Origin: Candidatus Lindowbacteria bacterium RIFCSPLOWO2_12_FULL_62_27
GTDB taxonomy: Bacteria > Lindowbacteria > 2-12-FULL-62-27
Direction of reading: 5' to 3'
Assembly (NCBI GenBank): GCA_001784175.1
Contig: MFPR01000028.1
Coordinates: forward strand, 263,614-327,613
DNA: 64,000 bases
The first letter of the stretch is position 1; every line of letters starts with the position of its first letter. Position numbers and translations under genes: made by a program. Positions 49,358 through 58,220 of the stretch are shown here, piece by piece. The notes under the pieces are model-generated. The model was not told where the DNA came from. It saw only the letters and a program-made list of their open reading frames with translations, and searched no databases.

Positions 49358-51132
49358 GCCACAGCTCCTCCCGCCGCCACCTGCGCTGCCTGCGCGGCCT
49401 TTTGTCGGTTTGTCCGCCATTGAACAAACAATCCCACCGCCAGCACCGAAATGATCGGACACACCGACGCCATCGCCAGAATGCCGAATCCTTCCGCGGC
49501 GCTGACCGCGTTGCCGAATCCCAATCCCATGGCGAGCACCAGGGGAACCGTCACGGGTCCCGTCGTCACGCCGGCGCTGTCCCAGCCGATGTTCACGTAT
49601 TCTTCCGAAGAGAAATGCGTCATGATCAGCAGCGGGATGTACGACCCGATCAGCATCCATGCCAGCGGCCAATTGTACAGAATCTTCAGTATGCCGATGG
49701 AAATGCCGGCGGCCACCCCGACCGCAACAGAGTACATGAGCGCCGATTTTTTAAATGCTCCGTTTGAAAGATTCTCGACCGTGAGGCCGAGGGCGTTCAG
49801 GGCCGGTTCCGCCAGCGTCGCGCCAAAGCCCAGCGCGTAGGCGAAAATCATCGCCAAGAGGACGCCGACGAAATAGGCATACAGCGGCGAGGATGGAATG
49901 GTGTCGAGCCGCATGAACGCGGCCGGAACGATCTGTCCCGACTGGTCGCCCAGCTTGGCGAGACCGTAGGTTAATCCGATATTGAAGAGAATCATCCCGA
50001 TGATGGACAGCGTGATGCCGTACGTCAGAATTCCGGTATTTCGGATTTTTTCCCGCAGGACGAAAATCAACACCATGAACAGAAACGCGATGAGCGGCAG
50101 GATGGCTCGAAGGGACATGACAATCTCAAGCCCCGGGCTGGCCTGGTACCAGGTCGGCTCGCCTGAGGCCGCCGCCGCTTCGGCGGCCGCTTTCGCGCTC
50201 GCCAGAATGGTCTCGGTCGGAACAGTGAGGTAGATGAAAATACCGAGCCCCAATACCATCAGGATCGGAAAAACGGATGCCAGCGTCACGATGCCGAATC
50301 CCGACAGGCTCCCGCCGCCCTTGCCGACGGCCGTCGCCACGCCGATGCCCAGCGCCAGCACCACCGGCACGGTGACCGGCCCGGTGGTCACGCCGCCGCA
50401 GTCCCAAGCCAGGCCGATGACGGCGCGCAAATTAGGATTGTAATTGCAGTAGGCGGTGACCGCCATGGTCGGGATCAGGGAGGAGTAGATCAGAGGTTTT
50501 AGACTCCAGCCATAGACGAATCTCAAGGTTCCCAGCGTTGCGGCGATGCCCACTCCGATCCCGACCATGACGACGGTCCACTGCGCGTAGGTGTTCAAGA
50601 GCGCATACAAAATGGGAGCGCTCTCCGGTTTGACCAGTCTCCCCGCGTACTGCAGGGCGCCGATGGCGGGTTCGGCGTAGGTGACGAGCACGCCGAGAAC
50701 AAACGCGATCAAGAGAACGACCGGCAGCGGCCGCTTGGTCGGCAGCATGTTCCCGATGACTTCGGCGAACGGCATGATCCCGAGTTTCAGGCCTTCCATG
50801 TAAAACATCAGCCCGAGGATGACCGCAAGAAGCCCGCCATTGATGACGTAGGGGTCGGCGACACCCTGCCGCAGAATGATCAACTGAAAGAGCACGAGGT
50901 ACACGCCCAGCGGCACCACAGCGCGCAACTGCTCCGCGAGCCGCGGCGTCACGTACGGCTTGAGTATCCGCGCCGTCTCCTTCGGCGTCACCTTCAGTTT
51001 CGCGGGCTTGTAGGGAATGGGCTTCCCGTCCGGCCCCTTCTGGATTTTGGGCATGAGAAGATTGTAGCTGAGCTGACTCTGCTGAACGGAGACTTCCCGT
51101 GCAAATTCTCCGAATCGAACTGCCTTTTCCAT
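49354..51132 (-). CDS. membrane protein with two homologous halves (recalled as 2x DUF1538)
   Basis: repeated motif WDCGGVTTGPVTVPVVLALGIG / WDSAGVTTGPVTVPLVLAMGLG; ~16 TM segments. Confidence 0.6.
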   Translation of the reverse strand: MEKAVRFGEFAREVSVQQSQLSYNLLMPKIQKGPDGKPIPYKPAKLKVTPKETARILKPYVTPRLAEQLRAVVPLGVYLVLFQLIILRQGVADPYVINGGLLAVILGLMFYMEGLKLGIMPFAEVIGNMLPTKRPLPVVLLIAFVLGVLVTYAEPAIGALQYAGRLVKPESAPILYALLNTYAQWTVVMVGIGVGIAATLGTLRFVYGWSLKPLIYSSLIPTMAVTAYCNYNPNLRAVIGLAWDCGGVTTGPVTVPVVLALGIGVATAVGKGGGSLSGFGIVTLASVFPILMVLGLGIFIYLTVPTETILASAKAAAEAAAASGEPTWYQASPGLEIVMSLRAILPLIAFLFMVLIFVLREKIRNTGILTYGITLSIIGMILFNIGLTYGLAKLGDQSGQIVPAAFMRLDTIPSSPLYAYFVGVLLAMIFAYALGFGATLAEPALNALGLTVENLSNGAFKKSALMYSVAVGVAAGISIGILKILYNWPLAWMLIGSYIPLLIMTHFSSEEYVNIGWDSAGVTTGPVTVPLVLAMGLGFGNAVSAAEGFGILAMASVCPIISVLAVGLFVQWRTNRQKAAQAAQVAAGGAVA

Positions 51133-51223
51133 CTTTTACACTTTCACCTGACCGGTCGTGGGCGCGCGCATGGCTGAGTAAAATCGTTACTATGCAGGCG
51201 CCGTGTTTGCAAGACCGCGATGA

Positions 51224-52267
51224 CTATTTGGCGGCGGCCTGATGAAGTACCCGCTGCGGAAACGGGATCTCGATCCCCTCGCGCCCGAAGCGCTCATGGA
51301 CGCGCTTGATGAATTCGTGCGTCGCCAGGTGCTGGTCCTCGAATGCCATCACCCGGAGCAGGATCATGAAATCGACGGATGACTCGCCGAAGGCCTGATA
51401 CCGCAGAATCGGTTCGAAGCCCGGGATCGCGCCCGGAACCTCCCTCTGCACGCCCGCCGCCACCTCCAGCGCCACGCGCTCGACGCGGGACAGATCGCTC
51501 GCGTACGAAACGCCGAGCCGCACGGGAACGGAAAACTCGCGTCGCGGGAGATTCAGATTCGTCACCACCGCCTGCGCGATTTTGGTGTTTGGGATCAGGA
51601 TGAAATTGTCCGCCCGGTCGCAGATCGTGGTCGACCGCCAGCCGATGTCCCTCACGAATCCCTCCGCGCCGCTGTCGAGTTTGATGTAATCCCCCAGGCG
51701 GATCTGGCGGTTGACGATGATGTAGATGCCCGAAAACAGATTTGACAGCGTGTCCTGCAGCGCCAGCGCGACGGCCAGGGAGCCGACGCCGAGCGCCGTG
51801 AGGAGCGGCGCGATCGAGATGTCGAGGTTGGCGAGGATGAGCAGGAGGCCCATCCCGTAGATGACGAGCCGCGTCAGGTTTTCGAGGAGCGTGGTCGTGC
51901 CGAGCGCCAGCCGCGTCGCGACGGAGTGGATCCACACGACGGCGATCCGGGCGATGGCCAGCGACACCGAGAGGACAAACAGGACCATCAGCAGGTGGTC
52001 GATGTGCCGGATCCAGAGCGGATGCAGGCCGCGCAGCGGCGACAGCCGCAGGCCGACGACGATGCCGGCCAGCGTGAACCAGAACGGAATGTGCCGCCGG
52101 CCGGCCGCGTACAGCACCTCTTTCATCTGCGGCTCGACTTTCTCGAAAAACCGCGCGAGGGGCCGAAGCAGAACGGCCGGCGCCAGAAATCCGGCGATGG
52201 CGGCGGCCAAAAAGATCAGAATGGGTTTGAGCCACGGTCCGGCCCATGCAAGCATTGGGATGTCCAT
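51224..52267 (-). CDS. mscS: small-conductance mechanosensitive channel (MscS family)
   Basis: 3 TM + conserved DTLSNLFSGIYIIVNRQIRLGDYIKL beta-domain. Confidence 0.85.
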   Translation of the reverse strand: MDIPMLAWAGPWLKPILIFLAAAIAGFLAPAVLLRPLARFFEKVEPQMKEVLYAAGRRHIPFWFTLAGIVVGLRLSPLRGLHPLWIRHIDHLLMVLFVLSVSLAIARIAVVWIHSVATRLALGTTTLLENLTRLVIYGMGLLLILANLDISIAPLLTALGVGSLAVALALQDTLSNLFSGIYIIVNRQIRLGDYIKLDSGAEGFVRDIGWRSTTICDRADNFILIPNTKIAQAVVTNLNLPRREFSVPVRLGVSYASDLSRVERVALEVAAGVQREVPGAIPGFEPILRYQAFGESSVDFMILLRVMAFEDQHLATHEFIKRVHERFGREGIEIPFPQRVLHQAAAK

Positions 52268-52310
52268 TGATTATTATTTCGTCACAAACGGGCGGAATCT
52301 TGTTGAAAAT

Positions 52311-53108
52311 TTACCGGCGGCGCCGTCTCCAGCGGGCGATCAGCCTCCTCAGAAACTCGGTCACCTCCGACGGATCCTTCAGCCGATAATTCCCGCCGGC
52401 CGGCCGGTGTCCGACGGCGATGCCGGCGCCCCGGCCGCGCACGGCGCGCAGGAGATCCGCGTCCGTGCGGTCGTCGCCGATCGCGATGCAGAAGTCGCGT
52501 TCCACCGGCCGCTCCCCGCAGAGCGCCGTCACGGCGAGTCCCTTGTGGGCTGCGACGGCCTTTGCCTCGATCGCGCCTTTCCCCCGCATCACCCGCAAGA
52601 CGCCCTTGTCTACGGGGGGCCGCAGCAGGCTCAGGAAATGCCGGCACACGGCCCGGCGCCGGCCGGGGGCGGCTCGCCGGTAGTGGAGGGACACGGCGAA
52701 TTTCTTGTCTTCGACGGAAAACGTTTCGTCCGCGACGCCTCGCATGCCTGCGAGAATCCTGCGGACGGCAGGCCGCGCTTCGGGCGCGTCGATCAGAAGC
52801 CGCACGCGGCCCATTCCCCGCGCGCACTCGGCGCCGTGCGTTCCGACGTACCACGCCCGCCGAAGCGGCATAAGGCTGCGCATGCCGCGAATCGACCGCC
52901 CCGTCACGATCGCCAGGGTGACGCCGCGCGTGCGAGCGATTCGGCGCATCAGCGCCACCAGCGCGCGTCCGGGCACGGCGTCTTCCGGCCGGGGCGCGAT
53001 GGGCTTGAGCGTGCCATCGTAGTCGAGAAACAGCACGAGCCTTCGGGCGCGCGCCATCCGCCCGGCGATGTCGCGCAGAATTTTTGCGGGTGTCGTAAAG
53101 CGCATCAT
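52311..53108 (-). CDS. otsB: trehalose-6-phosphate phosphatase (HAD-IIB)
   Basis: LFLDYDGTLKPIA motif I and overall OtsB layout. Confidence 0.75.
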   Translation of the reverse strand: MMRFTTPAKILRDIAGRMARARRLVLFLDYDGTLKPIAPRPEDAVPGRALVALMRRIARTRGVTLAIVTGRSIRGMRSLMPLRRAWYVGTHGAECARGMGRVRLLIDAPEARPAVRRILAGMRGVADETFSVEDKKFAVSLHYRRAAPGRRRAVCRHFLSLLRPPVDKGVLRVMRGKGAIEAKAVAAHKGLAVTALCGERPVERDFCIAIGDDRTDADLLRAVRGRGAGIAVGHRPAGGNYRLKDPSEVTEFLRRLIARWRRRRR

Positions 53109-53192
53109 CTGCGCGTTGTACCTGTTCGAGCCGGCCTGTCAAGCCGACGGATTGATCGACCTCCTTCGCGATGGTAATAAGATGAAGGAAAT

Positions 53193-53265
53193 GGTGGCTA
53201 TAGCTCAGCGGCAGAGCACCTGACTGTGGCTCAGGGGGTCGCGGGTTCAAATCCCGTTAGCCACC
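53193..53265 (+). tRNA. tRNA-His (anticodon GTG) with encoded G-1
   Basis: hand-folded cloverleaf: g-1 + gtggcta acceptor / tagccac + C73; anticodon loop ctGTGgc; T-loop ttcaaat; upstream TTGATC-N17-TAATAA promoter-like. Confidence 0.8.
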
Positions 53266-53324
53266 CATCTATTTGCCAACCGCGCGTTCCCATCGTCGAT
53301 GTTTCAGGATAAGCTCATCTCACC

Positions 53325-55589
53325 ATGCGCATCAGCCTTCGTCTGATTGTCTCTTTGGTGGTCGCCGTGTCCGTGGTGGCCTGTTTCTTCGCGTATGTCC
53401 AGGTCGGCCAGGAGAAGGAGCGGCACAGCGACGAACTGGACCGCCGGTCCCGGCTCCTGGCGGAAAGTCTTCAGGAAACGATTGGCCCGCTGATCGAGAA
53501 GGGACCGTCCGGCGATTTGGAACGGCTCGTGGAGAAATATGGAAACCGTGAACGGCTGGCCGGAGTGGCGGTCTACGACGCCAGGGAAAGTCCCCTCGCC
53601 GTCACGGCCAGCCTGTCCGCCGCCCTGCCCACGCCTCTGCCGATGGTGGGCGAGGCGATGCGGGGCGACGTCGATGTCGGCCGGTTTGAGACATTCGGCG
53701 GGAGGGAAATGCACGTCTATGCCATGCCCCTTCGGATTGGAGAAAGTATCGCGGGCTGCCTCCTGATCTTTCATGACGCGACGTTCATCCGGATTCAACT
53801 GTCCCGAATCTGGCGCCAGACATTTCAGCGGTTGCTGGTGCAGATGGTGCTGATCGCGATCGTGACCTTGCTGATCGTCCGCTGGAGCATCGCAGGACCG
53901 ATCGCGCGGATGGCGGACTGGATGAAAAATCTCCGCGCCGGAGACGTCGGCGAGCCGTTTTCGGCGCCCAAGGAAGACCTGTTTTCACCCATCGCCAAGG
54001 AAGCCTCCCGCTTCGCCCTGCATCTGACGATTGCGAAGCAGGCCGCGGAGGATGAGGCGCGGCTTCGTCAGGAGGCGTCGACCCTCTGGACGCCCGATCG
54101 GTTGAGAGAACATGTCCGGTCGAAATTGCAGGGCAGCCCCCTGTGTGTGGTTTCCAATCGCGAGCCTTACATGCACATTCGGCGCGGCCGCAAAGTCGAG
54201 TGCATTGTTCCCGCCGGCGGACTCGTGACCGCCTTGGAGCCTGTCCTGCGATCCTGCAGCGGCACCTGGATCGCCCATGGTTCCGGCGACGCCGACTGGG
54301 AAGGCTTGGACGAAAAAAATCGCATCAAGGTTCCGCCCGATGATCCGCTCTACACGCTGAAACGGGTGGCGCTCACCAAAGAGGAGGAGAACGGATATTA
54401 CTACGGGTTTGCCAACGAGGGACTCTGGCCGCTCTGTCATATCGCGCATACCCGGCCGGTCTTCCGGGCAGAGGACTGGGCGTATTACCAGAAAGCCAAC
54501 CGGAAATTCGCCGCCGCAGTACTGGAGGAACTGAAGGACGTGGCGTCGCCCTGCGTTTTGATCCAAGATTATCATTTCGCCCTCCTGCCCCGGATGATCA
54601 AGGACGAACGGCCGGACGCGCGCATCGCGCTCTTCTGGCACATCCCCTGGACCAACCCCGAGGCGTTCGGCATCTGCCCCTGGCAGAGGGAGCTTCTCTA
54701 CGGAATGCTGGGTGCGGATTTGATCGGCTACCACACGCAGTTCCACTGCAATAATTTCCTGGACACGGTCGACCGCGCGCTCGAATCCCGCATCGATTGG
54801 GAGCGATTCGCCGTCAAGAAAGAAGGCCATACCACCCTCGTCAAACCGTTTCCCATCAGCGTCGCCTTCCCGGAAACGTTTCAGGACACCGCCGGCGCGG
54901 ACCTGGTGGACCGCGACGCCCTTTTGAAGGAACACGGGATCAGGGCCAAGTATCTGGGGATCGGCGTTGAGCGGATGGATTACACCAAGGGCGTGCTGGA
55001 GCGGTTCCGGGCGATCGAGCGCTTTTTGGAAAAAAATCCCGCCTACCAGGGCGAGTTTGTCTTCGTCCAGATCGGCGCGCCCAGCCGCACGCACATCAAG
55101 CGGTACCAGGACTTTCTGTCGGAAGTGGAGTCCGAGGCCGACCGGATCAACTGGAGGTTTCCGCCCAAGGATTACAAACCCATTGTTTTTCTAAAGAAGC
55201 ACCACAGCCATCAGGAGATTTTGCCCTTTTACAAAGCAGCCGACCTCTGCATGGTCACGTCGCTTCATGACGGCATGAACCTCGTCGCCAAGGAATTCGT
55301 GGCGGCCCGGGATGATCAGAACGGCGCGCTGATTCTAAGCCGTTTCACAGGCGCCTCCCGGGAACTTCGCGACGCGCTCATCGTCAATCCCTACGATATC
55401 GAACAAATGGCCGAGTCCATCCGCTACGCGCTGGAGATGGATCCTGAAGAGCGGTCCGCGCGGATGGGCCGGATGCGAGAAACGGTTCGGGAACACAACG
55501 TCTACCGCTGGGCCGGCAATCTCGTCGAAGAGCTCACCAAAATCCGAATTGACGAACGGCCGGCTCCCGCCGGCGTAGGCACAAATTAG
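53325..55589 (+). CDS. otsA: trehalose-6-phosphate synthase (GT20) fused to N-terminal TM-periplasmic-TM sensor-like module
   Basis: C-terminal 480 aa has GT20 motifs (GFANEGLWPLCHI, LIQDYHFALLP, VTSLHDGMNLVAKEF). N-terminal 270 aa: TM1 (LIVSLVVAVSVVACFFAYV), ~150-aa extracytoplasmic region, TM2 (LLVQMVLIAIVTLLIV) then amphipathic HAMP-like linker. Confidence 0.8.
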   Translation: MRISLRLIVSLVVAVSVVACFFAYVQVGQEKERHSDELDRRSRLLAESLQETIGPLIEKGPSGDLERLVEKYGNRERLAGVAVYDARESPLAVTASLSAALPTPLPMVGEAMRGDVDVGRFETFGGREMHVYAMPLRIGESIAGCLLIFHDATFIRIQLSRIWRQTFQRLLVQMVLIAIVTLLIVRWSIAGPIARMADWMKNLRAGDVGEPFSAPKEDLFSPIAKEASRFALHLTIAKQAAEDEARLRQEASTLWTPDRLREHVRSKLQGSPLCVVSNREPYMHIRRGRKVECIVPAGGLVTALEPVLRSCSGTWIAHGSGDADWEGLDEKNRIKVPPDDPLYTLKRVALTKEEENGYYYGFANEGLWPLCHIAHTRPVFRAEDWAYYQKANRKFAAAVLEELKDVASPCVLIQDYHFALLPRMIKDERPDARIALFWHIPWTNPEAFGICPWQRELLYGMLGADLIGYHTQFHCNNFLDTVDRALESRIDWERFAVKKEGHTTLVKPFPISVAFPETFQDTAGADLVDRDALLKEHGIRAKYLGIGVERMDYTKGVLERFRAIERFLEKNPAYQGEFVFVQIGAPSRTHIKRYQDFLSEVESEADRINWRFPPKDYKPIVFLKKHHSHQEILPFYKAADLCMVTSLHDGMNLVAKEFVAARDDQNGALILSRFTGASRELRDALIVNPYDIEQMAESIRYALEMDPEERSARMGRMRETVREHNVYRWAGNLVEELTKIRIDERPAPAGVGTN

Positions 55590-55592
55590 AGC

Positions 55593-55640
55593 TTGACGAT
55601 CGGCGCCGATAGGGTATACTCATTGTAGACACCACAGGAG
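55593..55640 (+). promoter_or_regulatory. near-consensus sigma70 promoter (TTGACG-N16-TATACT) with palindromic operator ATCGGCGCCGAT in the spacer and AGGAGG RBS, for mazEF
   Basis: gcttgacgatcggcgccgatagggtatact read directly. Confidence 0.7.
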
Positions 55641-55648
55641 GCCTTTCA

Positions 55649-55891
55649 ATGACTACAACCGTTCAAAAATGGGGGAATAGCTTGGCTCTTAGGATACCGA
55701 GCGCTCTCGCCAAGGACGTTCATCTTCATCGGGGATCGGAAGTTGAGGTCGCAATTGTTGCAGGCGCAATGGTGATCAAGCCAAAGGGTCGGCGTAAATA
55801 TTCTTTGCGCCAATTGCTCAAGGGAGTTACGAAGGAGAATCTTCATAAGGAACAGGATTGGGGCGGTCCTGTGGGGCGGGAAATCTGGTGA
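55649..55891 (+). CDS. mazE: MazE/AbrB-fold antitoxin
   Basis: VQKWGNSLALRIPSALAKDV..GSEVEVAIVAGAMVIKP SpoVT/AbrB swapped-hairpin signature. Confidence 0.8.
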   Translation: MTTTVQKWGNSLALRIPSALAKDVHLHRGSEVEVAIVAGAMVIKPKGRRKYSLRQLLKGVTKENLHKEQDWGGPVGREIW

Positions 55892-56232
55892 CTTCCGGCC
55901 CCTATTGTCCAAAACGCGGCGATGTCGTTTGGCTCAACTTCATTCCGCGGGCCGGCCGTGAGCAGGCGGGTCGCCGACCGGCGTTGACGCTTTCGCACGA
56001 GGCATACAACCGAAAGGTTGGACTTGGGGTCTTTTGCCCGATCACGAGCCACGTAAAGGGCTACTCCTTCGAGGTGGCAATCCCGGAGGGGCACAAGGTT
56101 TCCGGGGCCATTCTTTCGGATCACGTAAAGAGCATGGATTGGTCGGCCCGCAGATCGGAGTTTTATTGCCGTGTTCCAGATGCGGTATTAACGGACGTCG
56201 TAGAAAAGCTTCAGGCACTATTTGGAGCGTAG
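55888..56232 (+). CDS. mazF: MazF/PemK-family endoribonuclease toxin
   Basis: PKRGDVVWLNFIPRAGREQAGRRPALTLS..FCPITSHVKGYSFEV; GTG start overlapping mazE TGA. Confidence 0.8.
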   Translation: MTSGPYCPKRGDVVWLNFIPRAGREQAGRRPALTLSHEAYNRKVGLGVFCPITSHVKGYSFEVAIPEGHKVSGAILSDHVKSMDWSARRSEFYCRVPDAVLTDVVEKLQALFGA

Positions 56233-56248
56233 CTGTGCCTCGCCGCGT

Positions 56249-57466
56249 TTATAAATAGACGACATCTTTGCCCGGATGATCGAGCGACAGAAACAGCATC
56301 AGGTACTCGCGCAGGTGGCGGGTCAGAAGGAAATTATCGCGGACGTGTTCCCGGCCGTTTTCGCCGAGTTTGCGGGCGAAGTCCGGGGACTGCAGGAGCT
56401 GTTTGAGCCAGTAGGCCGTGCCTTCGACGGAATGCGTAAGAATGCCGGAATGTTTGTGCGTGATCTGAAGCGGGATCCCGCCGACCGCGCCCGCGATGAC
56501 CGGTTTGCCTTTCCACAGCGCCTCCGAGACTGTGAGGCCAAACCCTTCCCGGATCGATTTTTGAACGATGATGTCGGACGCCCGCTGGATCGCGTTGATC
56601 TCGACGTGGCTGGTGGGGGGAAGACAGAGGATGAGAATGTCCGGATCGTCCGCCGCGCGGTCTCTCACTTCCGCAAGAACCTTCGCGCCCTCGGGATCGT
56701 CGTCCGCCGATCCGCCGACGAGCAAAAGCCGGCAGTCGATCCGTTCTCTCACCATGCGAAACGCCTCGATGACGCCGACCGGGTCTTTGAGGTAATCAAA
56801 CCGGGAGACCTGCGTGATGAGGGGTCTGTCCCGGGGGATCTGGAGACGGTCGCAGATGGCGGCAACTTCCTCTTGCGTCAAGTCCCTGTTCTTGTCGCTC
56901 AAGGGATCGATGGACGGCGAGATGAGCACCTGTTGGATGCTGAGGACCTGCGAAAAAGCCGGCGCCGAAAAAACGCTTGCGTCGTAGCGTTCCACGACCG
57001 GTTTCAGGGCATTCCAAACCGCCAAATCGGGCGAGGAGAGATCAATGTGGCATCGCCATATCCACCGGCCCTTGCCCGGGGTTTTTTTCACGATCAACCC
57101 GGCTGGCTGGGGATCGTGGATGAAGAGGATATCGGCGTTCAAATCCATTTGAGCGGCGTTCAGTTCCTGAGTCTGCCAGTACAGGTCCCAGTCCGACGGC
57201 GAGAATTCCTGCGTTGCGCCATGCAGGGCGTTGTGGATTTTTTTGGTAACGGCATAAAACTGTTCCCCGCCTTTGATGACATCCCACCGGGCGTCGACTC
57301 CCAGTTCCTTGCACAGCGGCACCATCCGGTTCAAAATTTCGGCGACCCCGCCTCCGACAGCGGTGGAGTTGACGTTCCGGACCACCCGGCCGGCAAGTTT
57401 TTTCGCGATCAGCCGCAGATCGTCGATGACGCCGGCGCCGACGATGGGGGCGTATTGCTCAAGCAT
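56249..57466 (-). CDS. treT: trehalose glycosyltransferring synthase-like GT4 glycosyltransferase
   Basis: VNSTAVGGGVAEIL, WRCHIDLSSP, SPSIDPLSDKN, ITQVSRFD, SIREGFGLTVSEALWKGKPVIAGAVGGI match the TreT pattern as recalled. Confidence 0.7.
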   Translation of the reverse strand: MLEQYAPIVGAGVIDDLRLIAKKLAGRVVRNVNSTAVGGGVAEILNRMVPLCKELGVDARWDVIKGGEQFYAVTKKIHNALHGATQEFSPSDWDLYWQTQELNAAQMDLNADILFIHDPQPAGLIVKKTPGKGRWIWRCHIDLSSPDLAVWNALKPVVERYDASVFSAPAFSQVLSIQQVLISPSIDPLSDKNRDLTQEEVAAICDRLQIPRDRPLITQVSRFDYLKDPVGVIEAFRMVRERIDCRLLLVGGSADDDPEGAKVLAEVRDRAADDPDILILCLPPTSHVEINAIQRASDIIVQKSIREGFGLTVSEALWKGKPVIAGAVGGIPLQITHKHSGILTHSVEGTAYWLKQLLQSPDFARKLGENGREHVRDNFLLTRHLREYLMLFLSLDHPGKDVVYL

Positions 57467-58193
57467 GGTGGGACTCCGCGGATTCGATCATCCGATTTTC
57501 CGCCAGCGTGATGAGGCGCGATCGCAGACCCTCGAGTGTGCAGGTATACGGATCGAGCTGGGCGATTTCGACGGCCAGCACCATTTCCCCAAGTTCCTCT
57601 TCCAGCCAGCGGGAAAAATCATTGACGCCGTGCTCCAGGCGGAGCCGGGCCTCGAAGACGTGGTGATAAATCGAGTGGACGGAGACTTTCCGGAGCGCCT
57701 CAGAGAATTCCCGAAGATCTCCGGCCTGATAGGGAGTGGGCAAAATAAAGCTCACCGATTTCATGAAATGGAACTCCATCCCCTCCGGCGCGTCCGCCGC
57801 CGTCTTCCGTTTCGCCATCCGGTCTTCGATGATGGCGACAATTTTTTCGCGCAGTTCCCGAAGGGTTTTGAAATTGACGGTGTCGACCGCCGCGAGCCGT
57901 TCCGCCAGCCTGGCGTCCTGCATCGCCTCCGCCGCCCACCAGGCGAAATCGTTCGGCGGCTCGGGCGAGAGATACTGATGTTGTTTGAGGAACCGGTGCG
58001 TGTGGTGATAAATCACCGAGCCGGGAACCGCCTTCAGGATGTCGGCCATCTCCCTGAGATTTCGCGCCCGGAGTCCCGTCAGTTCCGTCAGGTCGACGTG
58101 GGTGAAAAATCGGAATGAATGTTTGGCCCGTGGAAGATGGGATTGATCCATTTGCGGGCAGACTATCACCGGTCGGCGCGACGATCCAGCCAC
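57459..58193 (-). CDS. hypothetical protein with internal tandem duplication, co-transcribed with treT
   Basis: two ~100-aa repeats each with S(V/I)xYHH..NDF(A/S)xW..ENRM; 8-nt overlap with treT start. Confidence 0.5.
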   Translation of the reverse strand: MAGSSRRPVIVCPQMDQSHLPRAKHSFRFFTHVDLTELTGLRARNLREMADILKAVPGSVIYHHTHRFLKQHQYLSPEPPNDFAWWAAEAMQDARLAERLAAVDTVNFKTLRELREKIVAIIEDRMAKRKTAADAPEGMEFHFMKSVSFILPTPYQAGDLREFSEALRKVSVHSIYHHVFEARLRLEHGVNDFSRWLEEELGEMVLAVEIAQLDPYTCTLEGLRSRLITLAENRMIESAESHHA

Positions 58194-58220
58194 AAACCGG
58201 CGCCTGAGAACCGGATTTGC

